A DNA stretch of 64,000 nt from Candidatus Eiseniibacteriota bacterium. Its GTDB lineage: Bacteria; Joyebacterota; Joyebacteria; Joyebacterales; Joyebacteraceae. Below, in pieces: positions 48,731 through 58,507 of this stretch. A model generated the notes under the pieces. The model worked only from the letters and a program-made list of their open reading frames with translations, did no database searches and was not told the DNA's origin. Position 1 is the first letter of the stretch; the number at the start of each line of letters is the position of its first letter. A program made the translations under genes and the position numbers. The stretch is taken from NCBI GenBank assembly GCA_030622115.1, contig JAUXGN010000008.1:8185-72184 (forward strand). Reading direction: 5' to 3'.

Positions 48731-49663
48731 GTGTCTGTGGGCAGGGCGATAACCAACAATATTGCACTCAAGATAGCCGCAGTTGTCCTGGCTCTGGCGC
48801 TCTGGGCGTTTGCGAAGGGTGAGCAACGTGGGGACCGTCTTATGTCGGTGCCGCTCGTCGTCCGCAATCTTCCGGAGGGCGTGACGACCGTCGAGAGGGT
48901 ACCGGAGACATTGGATGTCGTGCTTTCCGGTGCGAACAAGGAACTTGTCAGTCTCACCCTCTGGGGAGACGTCTATGCATTCGTTGACATGACGGACGCC
49001 CACCCGGGGCGCTCGCTGAGGGTCAGTCTCTCTCCCGCGAATGTTGTTCTTCCGCGCAACGCAGATGTTCTGGCGCTTGAGGTCAGGAACCCGAAGAGCC
49101 TGGACCTCGATATCGACCGATTGATCACAAGGAGAATGAAGGTCGATCCCGTGACGGAGGGCGAACTCGCCGAGGGCTTCTTCATTCTTGGTCACGCTAT
49201 CTGTGTCCCTGATTCGGTTACCATCCACGGTCCTGCGAGCGTTGTCGACTTCCTGGAGAGCATACGGACGGAGAGCCTGGACATTGCCGGGAGGAGAGCG
49301 AGGGTCGAGGCCAGCCGGAGCATTGTCTTCGATGGCCCATGGAGTCTCCAGTCCGTCCCTCGGGATGTGCGCGTCGTCGTCGAGGTCGAGGGAACCCGTA
49401 CCATCACGCTGGCAGATGTCCCGGTCACGTTCGAGCATGAGTCCGGTTTCAGATCTGCCAGGGTCAGGCCGCTCACAGCGGAGATCGTTCTGAGTGGAGC
49501 CGAGCATCAGGTGAGAACGCTTGGTAGCGGCGACGTTACTGTTGTCGTGGATGCTCGCGGACTCCCCAAAGGCACGCACGACCTGATCCCAGTCGTCGAG
49601 ACTCCGGATGGCGTCGGTGCGGAGCAGGTAACGCCGATCCGGTTCACCGTGACTCTCGAGTAG
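48731..49663 (+). CDS. YbbR-like domain protein
   Basis: N-terminal TM then repeated YbbR-like segments (VPLVVRNLPEGV..., typical CdaR-like architecture). Confidence 0.55.
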   Translation: MSVGRAITNNIALKIAAVVLALALWAFAKGEQRGDRLMSVPLVVRNLPEGVTTVERVPETLDVVLSGANKELVSLTLWGDVYAFVDMTDAHPGRSLRVSLSPANVVLPRNADVLALEVRNPKSLDLDIDRLITRRMKVDPVTEGELAEGFFILGHAICVPDSVTIHGPASVVDFLESIRTESLDIAGRRARVEASRSIVFDGPWSLQSVPRDVRVVVEVEGTRTITLADVPVTFEHESGFRSARVRPLTAEIVLSGAEHQVRTLGSGDVTVVVDARGLPKGTHDLIPVVETPDGVGAEQVTPIRFTVTLE

Positions 49664-49670
49664 GCTAGAG

Positions 49671-50663
49671 ATGCTGGTTCTTGGAGTAGACACATCGTGC
49701 GATGAGACCTCTGCGGCCGTTCTCTCGGATGGCCGCACGATTCTCTCGAGCATCGTCGCGTCACAGGCGATCCACGCACAGTTTGGAGGCGTGGTGCCCG
49801 AGTATGCCTCCCGGGCGCACATGCAGCTCATCGTACCGGTCGTCAGGCAGGCGCTTGAGGCCGCCGGTGTCGAATACGGGCAGATCGATGCGATCGCAGT
49901 CACGAATCGGCCCGGACTTGTCGGGTGCCTTCTGGTGGGCGTCTCGTTCGCCAAGGCGCTTGCATATTCGCTCGACGTCGCAATCGTCGGTGTTGATCAC
50001 ATCGAAGGGCACGTCTTCGCAGCGCGCCTGGCAGAACCGGATATCCGTCTGCCTGCCGTTTGCCTGATAGCATCGGGCGGGCACACTGAGCTGATTCGTG
50101 TGGACGCATGGGGGGAATACGAGGCGCTGGGGCGGACGCGTGACGATGCGGCCGGTGAGGCCTTCGACAAGGTCGGGAAGATGCTCGGAATGACATACCC
50201 GGCCGGCCCCGAGATCGAGCGGAAGGCACGGGGTGGAGATCCCACCGCCTTTGCCTTCCCACGTGCCATGATGCGGCGGGGCAATCCCGACTTCAGTTTC
50301 TCGGGCCTCAAGACCGCCGTCAGGTACAAGCTTGACGACATGGGAGCGCTGCCCGAGGGTGATGAACTTCGAGATTTTCTGGCGAGTTTCCAGGCTGCGG
50401 TCGTGGATGCGCTCGTCATCAAGACGATGTGGGCGGTGGAGGATAGCGGTGTTCCGACCGTGACTCTCGGCGGTGGAGTCGCCGCGAACGCAGCTTTGCG
50501 GGAGCGCTTGGTTGAAGACGCCGCGAGGTTGGGAGTGAGTGTGGTCATTCCACCCCGTGAGCTCTGCACCGACAACGGCGCCATCATTGCCGCAGTAGGT
50601 GATGCGCTTCTCGCGCGCGGACAGCGAGACGGACTCGCGTTGGGTGTCAGCGCGTCCCGCTGA
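49671..50663 (+). CDS. tsaD: tRNA N6-adenosine threonylcarbamoyltransferase TsaD
   Basis: LVLGVDTSCDETSAAV, HIEGH, GGVAAN motifs of Kae1/TsaD family. Confidence 0.9.
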   Translation: MLVLGVDTSCDETSAAVLSDGRTILSSIVASQAIHAQFGGVVPEYASRAHMQLIVPVVRQALEAAGVEYGQIDAIAVTNRPGLVGCLLVGVSFAKALAYSLDVAIVGVDHIEGHVFAARLAEPDIRLPAVCLIASGGHTELIRVDAWGEYEALGRTRDDAAGEAFDKVGKMLGMTYPAGPEIERKARGGDPTAFAFPRAMMRRGNPDFSFSGLKTAVRYKLDDMGALPEGDELRDFLASFQAAVVDALVIKTMWAVEDSGVPTVTLGGGVAANAALRERLVEDAARLGVSVVIPPRELCTDNGAIIAAVGDALLARGQRDGLALGVSASR

Positions 50664-50723
50664 ACTGTAGCGCGTCCGCTTTGAGTAGCCCCAAGAGCGT
50701 TGCCCCGAGAGGGACCTTCAAGA

Positions 50724-53195
50724 ATGCCTGATACGTACGTAAGTGTGGCAGTTCCGCTTCCCGTAACCGGGACCTTCACATATCTTGTGCCCGAGGAGTT
50801 TGCTTCGGCCGTGTCGGTCGGCGTTCGCGTACTCGTGCCGTTTGGACGCCGGAAGCTCACCGGCTTCGTAGTCGCTGAGGAGGCCACTTCCGACATCGCG
50901 CACGTCAAGCCGATCCTCGATGTGCTCGACGTCACTCCGGTCGTCGGTCCGCGCATGATCGAACTCACGCGCTGGATCGCCGACTACTACCTTGCTCCGT
51001 GGGGTGAGGTCCTGCGCGCAGCGCTCCCACCCGGCATCAACATGGAGAGCAGGCGCTTCGTTCGCATCACAGACGAGGGCCGCGAGGCCCTGGATGAGAA
51101 GGATTCCTCGCTTTCGGAGAGACGACGGCGCTTTCTTGAGGCTGTGGCCAAGCGTGAGAAGGTTACCCTCGGACTGGCCAATCGGGAGGCAGGCGTCCCC
51201 AGAGGACAGAGCACCGATGTGCTGGCGCTCGCGAGCGCAGGCCTTGTGGAGTTCTTCGAGGAGGTTCTTCCTCCCAGCGTGACTGCGGGAACGGAAACCG
51301 TGGTCCGACTTGTTGATACCCCCCTTAAGGCGCAGGAAGCGGCCGGCAAACTCGCGAAGCGCGCCCCGAAGCAGGCTCGCGTTCTCACGCTTCTCGCCGA
51401 TTCGGAGAGCGGCACGCTTCCTATTGCCGAACTGACTCAAGCGGGGATCAGCTCGGCGATCGTTACCAGGCTCGCCGAACGAGGCTTGGTCGAAAGGGCG
51501 GAGCAGAGTAGCCCACGGCTCTCAGTCGGTATGGATGGTTGGGACCTTGGGGAGGAGGGGCCGCTCAAACCCCAACAGGAGGAAGTGCTCACGGCCATTC
51601 GCGCGAAGATGGACGCTCAGGCGCCTGCCGTGTTCCTTCTTCATGGCGTGACCGGCAGTGGTAAGACACGCGTCTACACCGAGGTTATCAGGGCGGCTCT
51701 TGAGTCCGGCAAGAGCGCCATCGTACTCGTCCCGGAGATATCACTCACACCGCAGATGGTCCAGCGGATGAAGCTCGAGTTCGGAGATCGCGTAGCCGTC
51801 ATTCACAGCGGGCTCTCCCTTGGTGAACGGTACGACACATGGAGCGCCATCAGGAAAGGGCAGTTCCCGGTGGTTATCGGTCCCCGGTCAGCCGTGTTCG
51901 CGCCGGTCAGCGATCTCGGGGTCATCATAGTCGATGAAGAGCACGAGCAGACGTACAAGCAGAGCGAATCCCCTCGATACCACGCTCGCGATGTCGCGGC
52001 CATGCGCGCGCGGCTCGAAGGTGCTCTGGTCGTTCTGGGAACAGCAACTCCGAGCCTCGAGAGCTATCTCAATGCCCGAGACGGCAAGTACGAGCTTGTC
52101 GAACTCCCGGAGCGCATAAACGCCGGGCCGCTTCCCGAAGTCGAGATCGTCGACATGCGCGAGATCGAGACCGTAGATTCCGAGGGGATCTTCTCGGCCA
52201 CGCTCAGGGACGCCATATCTGAGACCCTCGATCACGGACGGCAGATCATCCTCTTCTTGAATAGACGTGGATTCGCCTCGTTCGTGCAGTGCATGGACTG
52301 CGGCCACTCGGTCCGTTGCGATGACTGCAACGTCGCGATGACGTATCATTCGACCGGGAAGCTGATGCGCTGTCACTACTGTGGAAAGACCGGAGGGGCT
52401 CCGGACCGCTGTTCAGAGTGTGGGAGCATCAATCTCAGATTTGGCGCGCCGGGAACACAGAGAGTAGAACCCGCACTGGCCGAACTCTTTCCCGACGCCG
52501 TTGTCCAGAGGATGGACCAGGACACGACGTCGCGGCGCGGCTCGCACTGGCGGATCCTGAAGGAGTTCGCATCCGGGAGGACCGACATTCTGCTGGGCAC
52601 ACAGATGATCGCCAAGGGACTCGATTTCCCCGGTGTCGGACTGGTCGGGGTCGTGGCCGCTGACGTAGGTCTCAACCTCCCGGATTTCCGGGCGGGAGAG
52701 AGGACGTTCCAGCTCCTGACGCAGGTCGCCGGACGAACGGGTCGAGGCGGGACACGCGGCAAGGTCATCGTTCAGACCTATCTGCCCGATCACTACACGA
52801 TCGCGCTGGCGCAGACCCAGCACTTCGAGTCATTCTTCGAGAGGGAGATCGCGGAGCGCCAGGGACTGGGTCACGGGTATCCTCCTCACAGTCGCCTTGT
52901 CTCGGTTGTGATCAGGGGACGAGATGAACAGCAGGTGGTGAAGGCGTCGGCGAGGCTTGCCGATTTTCTGGAGAAGGGCGCGGGTCAGATGCCGGAGCCG
53001 CAGCCGGAGGTCCTGGGGCCCGCTCCGGCGCCGCTCGAGCGGATCAAGGGGACCTACCGCTGGCTGGTGGTGGTGCGCGGAATCGGGGGGAGCGCCAGAG
53101 CTCTCATGTCCGCAGCGATGGAACAGAAGGCGGCGCTCAAACTCCCGAGCGGCATTCAGCTTGCCGTTGACGTGGATCCGATGGACCTCTTATAG
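50724..53195 (+). CDS. priA: primosomal protein N' (replication restart helicase PriA)
   Basis: Walker A HGVTGSGKT, DEEHE, Cys4 zinc ribbon CMDCGH...CDDC...CHYCG...CSECG. Confidence 0.9.
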   Translation: MPDTYVSVAVPLPVTGTFTYLVPEEFASAVSVGVRVLVPFGRRKLTGFVVAEEATSDIAHVKPILDVLDVTPVVGPRMIELTRWIADYYLAPWGEVLRAALPPGINMESRRFVRITDEGREALDEKDSSLSERRRRFLEAVAKREKVTLGLANREAGVPRGQSTDVLALASAGLVEFFEEVLPPSVTAGTETVVRLVDTPLKAQEAAGKLAKRAPKQARVLTLLADSESGTLPIAELTQAGISSAIVTRLAERGLVERAEQSSPRLSVGMDGWDLGEEGPLKPQQEEVLTAIRAKMDAQAPAVFLLHGVTGSGKTRVYTEVIRAALESGKSAIVLVPEISLTPQMVQRMKLEFGDRVAVIHSGLSLGERYDTWSAIRKGQFPVVIGPRSAVFAPVSDLGVIIVDEEHEQTYKQSESPRYHARDVAAMRARLEGALVVLGTATPSLESYLNARDGKYELVELPERINAGPLPEVEIVDMREIETVDSEGIFSATLRDAISETLDHGRQIILFLNRRGFASFVQCMDCGHSVRCDDCNVAMTYHSTGKLMRCHYCGKTGGAPDRCSECGSINLRFGAPGTQRVEPALAELFPDAVVQRMDQDTTSRRGSHWRILKEFASGRTDILLGTQMIAKGLDFPGVGLVGVVAADVGLNLPDFRAGERTFQLLTQVAGRTGRGGTRGKVIVQTYLPDHYTIALAQTQHFESFFEREIAERQGLGHGYPPHSRLVSVVIRGRDEQQVVKASARLADFLEKGAGQMPEPQPEVLGPAPAPLERIKGTYRWLVVVRGIGGSARALMSAAMEQKAALKLPSGIQLAVDVDPMDLL

Positions 53196-53324
53196 GCGCG
53201 TGCCATGAGGCAATGCACGCGTGGGTGCGTGCCATTGGGCTGTGCACGCATAGGTGCGTGCCATTGGGCTGTGCGCGCGTGGGCGCGTGCTATTGGGCTG
53301 TGCACGCATAGGTGCGTATCCGGC
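53195..53324. repeat. 29-bp tandem hairpin repeat x4.5 (GGTGCGTGCCATTGGGCTGTGCACGCATA)
   Basis: Four and a half 29-bp units with minor variation, each with TGCGTGC...GCACGCA inverted repeat; intergenic between priA and HD gene. Confidence 0.85.
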
Positions 53325-53422
53325 GCTTGACGGGGGCCGGGACTTCGGGTAAATTGGGTGTTACCTGCCCCTTGTGGGCAGGCGTGTTTTTCAGACATAC
53401 TTCTAGATGGAGTGCAGGCAGT

Positions 53423-54088
53423 ATGAAGCAAGTAACGTTCAACAAGATTCAGAAGGACGCCGAGATAACGAGCATGCTCAAGACGGCCAACGATCAGCTC
53501 GGGGTCATCGGGTATACGGAGCACGGCGTGAGGCACGGCAAATGGGTCGGCCGCACGGCACAGAAGCTCCTGAAGCAACTGGGTATCGATGGGCGGCAGG
53601 CGGATCTGGCCGGTGTCGCCGGCTACATGCACGACCTGGGGAATATCATCAATCGCGAGGAGCACGCGCAAACCGGTGCTCTTCTCGCGTACCGGTTGCT
53701 CAGTAACCGGGAAATGCCTCTCGATGAGATCATGACGGTGATGTCGGCGATAGGCAATCATCATGAGGAGCACGCCGACGCGGTGAACAACGTCTCGGCT
53801 GCGCTGATTCTTGCCGACAAGGCTGACGTGCATCGCTCGCGCGTGAGGAACCCGTCGACGCTCAAGTTCGACATTCACGATCGTGTCAACTATGCGGTGC
53901 GGAAGTCGAATCTGATCGTCGATCCGGAGAACCGGCTCATCACGCTCAATCTTACGATTAACACGAAGATCTCGCAGGTCATGGAGTATTTCGAGATATT
54001 CATGTCGCGGATGGTCGTGTCTCGGAGGGCGGCCGATTTCCTCGGATGCAAGTACGGGCTTTTCGTCAACGACAACCGATTGTTGTAG
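53423..54088 (+). CDS. HD-domain phosphohydrolase-like protein
   Basis: H...HD motif (GYMHDLGN), downstream His/Asp (GNHHEEH, ADKADV). Confidence 0.6.
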   Translation: MKQVTFNKIQKDAEITSMLKTANDQLGVIGYTEHGVRHGKWVGRTAQKLLKQLGIDGRQADLAGVAGYMHDLGNIINREEHAQTGALLAYRLLSNREMPLDEIMTVMSAIGNHHEEHADAVNNVSAALILADKADVHRSRVRNPSTLKFDIHDRVNYAVRKSNLIVDPENRLITLNLTINTKISQVMEYFEIFMSRMVVSRRAADFLGCKYGLFVNDNRLL

Positions 54089-54198
54089 TGGGGGATACGC
54101 CCTCGCGAACCGTAGAACTTGACACTTCTGCGAGTCGCCATATATACTGTGCAGATTGGGATCACATACAGGGATCGTCAACAGAAGGGGAGGCACTG

Positions 54199-55185
54199 AT
54201 GAGCGTCGCGAGAACGGCTGCCGTCGTTATGGCGCTGGCTGCCATCGTGTTCCTGGCCGGGTGTGGTGCGGATCCCGCATTCACAAGCGGCAAGGTGTAT
54301 CTTCAGCAGGAGAACTACGAGAATGCGATCGAGCAGTTCGAGATCGCTATTCGCAATGACGCAAAGGCTTGGGAGCCTCACATGTGGCTGGGCAGAGCCT
54401 ATGCCGACACAGAGGAACTCCAGATGGCGCACGACGAGTTCTTCATTGCACTTGATCTCGCGCCTGACCAGAAGGCCATCGACACCATCGACAATACGAT
54501 CATCTTCTATTGGCAGGAGCACCAGCAGGAGGGGAACCTCCTGAACTCGGCATCGAAGTTCCAGGACGCCGTCCTGGAGTTCGAGAAGGCGATCCTGATT
54601 GATCCTCGCAAACCGGACGCCTACGCCAATCTGGGCTACTCCTACCACATGGCCATGGACTACGATAAAGCCATCGAAGCGTTTGAGATGGCACTCGAGG
54701 TGGCGCCCGACAACGAGGACCTCCTGACCAATCTCGTGTCGGTATACGACAGCAAGGCCGGAAATCTGGCCGTTCTGGGCGACCTCGAGAGCGCGCTCGT
54801 CTACTATGAGAAGATCGAGAGCATTGCGCCCGAAACCAATGACATACAGTACAACATTGCGGAGGCGCACTACGGCCTCAAGAATTACCGTGCGGCCATC
54901 GTCGCCTACGAACGCTCCCTCATCGATGATGAGGATGAGTATGTTCTCTACAGGGTGTTCCTGTGCTACTGGGGCATCTCGAAGGAGTTTGAGGACGACG
55001 GCGTACCGGAACTGGCGATTCCCGAACTCGAGAGCGCCCTCAAGCCTCTGGAGAGGCTTGCCGAGCTCAATCCTGAGGACCTGAGTACCCACAGAGCACT
55101 TGCCAGGGTCTACAACAAGCTTGGCAGGACAGAAGAGGCCATGCTCGAACTGGGTATCATCGAGGAGCTGCTGAGGCAGGACTAG
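54199..55185 (+). CDS. TPR-repeat lipoprotein
   Basis: Lipobox LAGC after signal peptide; multiple TPR-like AxxxY/AxxxF repeats. Confidence 0.6.
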   Translation: MSVARTAAVVMALAAIVFLAGCGADPAFTSGKVYLQQENYENAIEQFEIAIRNDAKAWEPHMWLGRAYADTEELQMAHDEFFIALDLAPDQKAIDTIDNTIIFYWQEHQQEGNLLNSASKFQDAVLEFEKAILIDPRKPDAYANLGYSYHMAMDYDKAIEAFEMALEVAPDNEDLLTNLVSVYDSKAGNLAVLGDLESALVYYEKIESIAPETNDIQYNIAEAHYGLKNYRAAIVAYERSLIDDEDEYVLYRVFLCYWGISKEFEDDGVPELAIPELESALKPLERLAELNPEDLSTHRALARVYNKLGRTEEAMLELGIIEELLRQD

Positions 55186-55350
55186 CAGTCAGCGGCCATT
55201 CCCCGGGAAACACTTCTTCTTCTCCATCCCAGATCGATACCCGGAGGCAATGAGGGCGGCGGCTTCAGGCCGCTGTCCTCAGGCCTCCGCTGACCATCTC
55301 ACCTGATAGCTTCAACCTGTTTCTACATGCTGCTACCGGGACCGGTGCAA

Positions 55351-56334
55351 ATGGACATCATCACCGAACAGGATATCCGGGGCGAGCCTCTGATCGGGCG
55401 GACCGTTGCCGTTGTCGGCTTCGGGAGCCAAGGCAGAGCGCATGCGTTGAATCTCATGGACTCCGGCGTCGACGTTGTTGTGGGCCTGCGTCCCGAGAGC
55501 TTGTCGCGCTCGAAGGCGGAACTCGACGGAGTGCGGGTTCAGGACATTCCCGCCGCAGTTGAGGCGAGCGACATCGTTGCGCTCATGATCCCCGACGAGC
55601 GAATGTCGGAGGTCTTCTCGAGTGCAATTGGTCCTTTCCTCCGTCAGGGAGCGACGCTTCTCTTCGCGCACGGATTCGCCATCCGCTACCGCATGATCGC
55701 TCCACCGGCCGGAGTGGACATCGTGATGGTGGCTCCGATGGGACCGGGGATGAGGCTCCGCGAACAATTTCTTGAGGGGAGTGGGCTGCCGGCGCTTTTC
55801 GCCGTCGAGCGGGATGCAACGGGGCATGCGCGGCGGACGGCTCTTGAGTATGCGAAGGCGGTCGGATGCGGCAAAGTGGCGATCTTCGAGACGACGTTCA
55901 CAGATGAGACAGAGATAGATCTCTTCGCCGAACAGGCCGTGCTTGTAGGGGGCGTAGCGGAACTCATCGAAGCTGGCTATGAGACTCTCGTAGAGGCCGG
56001 GTACAGTCCCGAACTGGCATATATGGAGTGCCTGTACGAGCTTGATCTGACGGCCAATCTGATCAGACGATTTGGGTTGAGCGGGATGCGCGATCGCGTG
56101 AGCAAGGCGGCCCTCTACGGTGGTCTTACCCGTGGAGGGCGTGTGGTGGGGCCATCCGCGCGCGAAGGCATGCGTGCTATCCTCGCTGAGATCAGGGACG
56201 ACAGCTTCGCGGAGGAGCTTCTGAAGGATGGTCGGGACGGCGGTCCGGAGCTTCAGAGAAGGCTAAAGGAGAAGGAGGAGGGACCGATCGAGAGGACGGC
56301 GGATGTGCTCAGGAGGCACGCGCACGAGGGATGA
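55351..56334 (+). CDS. ilvC: ketol-acid reductoisomerase
   Basis: NADPH-binding VAVVGFGSQGRAHALNL, IMIPDE-like, conserved class I KARI length. Confidence 0.9.
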   Translation: MDIITEQDIRGEPLIGRTVAVVGFGSQGRAHALNLMDSGVDVVVGLRPESLSRSKAELDGVRVQDIPAAVEASDIVALMIPDERMSEVFSSAIGPFLRQGATLLFAHGFAIRYRMIAPPAGVDIVMVAPMGPGMRLREQFLEGSGLPALFAVERDATGHARRTALEYAKAVGCGKVAIFETTFTDETEIDLFAEQAVLVGGVAELIEAGYETLVEAGYSPELAYMECLYELDLTANLIRRFGLSGMRDRVSKAALYGGLTRGGRVVGPSAREGMRAILAEIRDDSFAEELLKDGRDGGPELQRRLKEKEEGPIERTADVLRRHAHEG

Positions 56335-56367
56335 CGGGCCGCGCATAGTGCGGCCTCGCAAAACGGC

Positions 56368-56396
56368 TTGACAGTATGAGGAGGCTGGGCTAGAAT
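56368..56396 (+). promoter_or_regulatory. sigma70 promoter TTGACA-17-TAGAAT upstream of rho with ~180-nt leader
   Basis: Consensus -35 (56368-73) and near-consensus -10 (56391-96) with 17-nt spacer. Confidence 0.55.
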
Positions 56397-56579
56397 CTAA
56401 TCTGACCAACAATTCTCAGCGCAACGGCTTCCCAGTACCCCATCCGAAGCACACCAACCTGATCCTGTTGCCCGACAGAGGATTCCAAGTGTAACTTCGC
56501 CGTAGGGGCATCCGAACGCAGTCAGCGGTCACCGCGATCGCGGTTGATCGGTTAGCGCTAAACCTGCTCTCTGAGGTAT

Positions 56580-58103
56580 GTGATGACAGAAAAGGCCCGA
56601 GGCAAGACCAACGGGACGAAGAAGAAGACGGCAGCAACGAAGACGGCGCGAGCTGTGAGTGGCAACAAGGCAGTCCCAAAGAGCGCCGCAACTGCAACGC
56701 GCTCAGGTTCCGCACGTGCGGCCACAAACGGGGCGAGGACCGCAAAGAAGAGCAAGTCGCCGGCTCCTGAGGCGCGGAAACCGGCGTCAACGACGGAGAA
56801 GAAGTCCGTGGCCACAGCCGAGCGGAAGGGTCCGGCCGTTCCAAGCACGGGCGACAATCTGAATATCGGCGAGATGAAGCAGCAGACGATCCGCGAACTG
56901 GTCGACTATGCGGAGTCGCTCGGTCTCGATGGGGTGGGCGGTCTCAGGAAGCAGGATCTCATCTTCCGAATCCTCGAAGGACAGACGCAACGCAACGGTC
57001 TCATCTTCAGTGAGGGCGTACTGGAGATTCTTCCTGATGGATATGGATTTCTGCGATCGGTAGACTACAACTACCTGCCGGGTCCGGACGACATCTACGT
57101 CTCGCCGTCACAGATCAAGCGCTTCGATCTTCGGAAGGGCGACATGGTCTCAGGACAAGTTCGTCCGCCCAAGGAGAACGAGCGCTACTTCGCGCTTCTC
57201 CGCGTCGAAGCGGTCAACTTCGAGAATCCGGAGATGGCGAAGAAGAAGATCCTCTTCGAGAATCTGACGCCGCTCTATCCAGAGGACAGGCTCGTTCTTG
57301 AAGTCGATCCTAATGATATGACTACGCGGGTTATTGACCTTCTCAGTCCGATCGGCAAGGGGCAGCGCGGACTCATCGTGTCGCCTCCCCGGACGGGCAA
57401 GACGGTCATAATTCAGAAGATCGCCAACAGCATCACAACAAACCACCCGGAGGTGGTGTTGATGGTGCTTCTGATCGACGAGCGGCCCGAGGAAGTCACG
57501 GACATGCAACGATCGGTCAACGGCGAGGTCATAAGCTCGACGTTCGATGAGCCGCCGGACCGCCACGTTCAGGTTGCCGACATGGTCATAGAGAAGGCCA
57601 AGAGGCTTGTCGAGCACAAGAAGGACGTTGTCATTCTGCTCGATTCGATCACACGGCTGGCGCGCGCTCACAACACGGTCGTTCCGCACAGCGGCAAGAT
57701 CCTCTCGGGCGGTGTCGACTCGAACGCGCTTCAGAAGCCAAAGCGCTTCTTCGGCGCGGCGCGTAACGCCGAGGGTGGCGGAAGTCTTACCATCGTGGCG
57801 ACGGCCCTCATCGATACCGGGTCGCGCATGGACGATGTTATCTTCGAGGAGTTCAAGGGCACCGGCAACATGGAGTTGGTCCTGGACCGCAGGCTCACGG
57901 ACCGCCGGATATATCCATCGATCGATATACTGAAGTCGGGTACAAGGAAGGAAGAGCTGCTTCTACCTCAAGATACCATCAGCAGGCTGTGGGTTCTCAG
58001 GAAGTTCCTGAGTGAGCAGACCCCGGTTGGCGCGATGGAGTTCCTTCTGGGCAAGATGAGGCAGACGAAGACGAACGACGAGTTCCTGGCCTCGATGAAT
58101 TGA
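56580..58103 (+). CDS. rho: transcription termination factor Rho with ~100-aa basic N-terminal extension
   Basis: Lys/Ala/Thr-rich N-terminal insertion, RNA-binding OB region, Walker [16 protein letters not shown], ...conserved C-terminus. Confidence 0.9.
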   Translation: MMTEKARGKTNGTKKKTAATKTARAVSGNKAVPKSAATATRSGSARAATNGARTAKKSKSPAPEARKPASTTEKKSVATAERKGPAVPSTGDNLNIGEMKQQTIRELVDYAESLGLDGVGGLRKQDLIFRILEGQTQRNGLIFSEGVLEILPDGYGFLRSVDYNYLPGPDDIYVSPSQIKRFDLRKGDMVSGQVRPPKENERYFALLRVEAVNFENPEMAKKKILFENLTPLYPEDRLVLEVDPNDMTTRVIDLLSPIGKGQRGLIVSPPRTGKTVIIQKIANSITTNHPEVVLMVLLIDERPEEVTDMQRSVNGEVISSTFDEPPDRHVQVADMVIEKAKRLVEHKKDVVILLDSITRLARAHNTVVPHSGKILSGGVDSNALQKPKRFFGAARNAEGGGSLTIVATALIDTGSRMDDVIFEEFKGTGNMELVLDRRLTDRRIYPSIDILKSGTRKEELLLPQDTISRLWVLRKFLSEQTPVGAMEFLLGKMRQTKTNDEFLASMN

Positions 58104-58134
58104 GCCAACCTAGGAGTTACTGGAGGTTGTGGTT

Positions 58135-58443
58135 ATGAAGAAGGATATCCACCCCGAGTACAACGAGTGCAAGGTCAAGTGCGTGTGTGGGAACGAGTTC
58201 ACGACTCGCTCGACTCTGGATGAAATCAGTGTCGAGATCTGTTCGGCCTGCCATCCGTTTTTCACCGGCCAGCAGAAGCTCGTTGACAGTGCAGGTCGCG
58301 TCGACCGCTTCCTGAAGAAATACGGAACCGAGTTCGGCGGCGCGCTTGTCGAAGGAAGCGCTATGGACAAAGAGAAGCGCGGGGCGGAGGAGTCATCCTC
58401 TGACGCCGGCACGGCAGACGAGAAGCCTTCGGCCGATAACTAG
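58135..58443 (+). CDS. rpmE: 50S ribosomal protein L31 with acidic C-terminal extension
   Basis: [12 protein letters not shown]...CVCG...[10 protein letters not shown] zinc-ribbon L31 signature; ~35 extra C-terminal residues. Confidence 0.85.
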   Translation: MKKDIHPEYNECKVKCVCGNEFTTRSTLDEISVEICSACHPFFTGQQKLVDSAGRVDRFLKKYGTEFGGALVEGSAMDKEKRGAEESSSDAGTADEKPSADN

Positions 58444-58507
58444 TCAGGATCCCTTTTTTGGTGAGGCGGATCCCGGCGCACCGACGGTCTGCCCTCGTTG
58501 GTTGACG

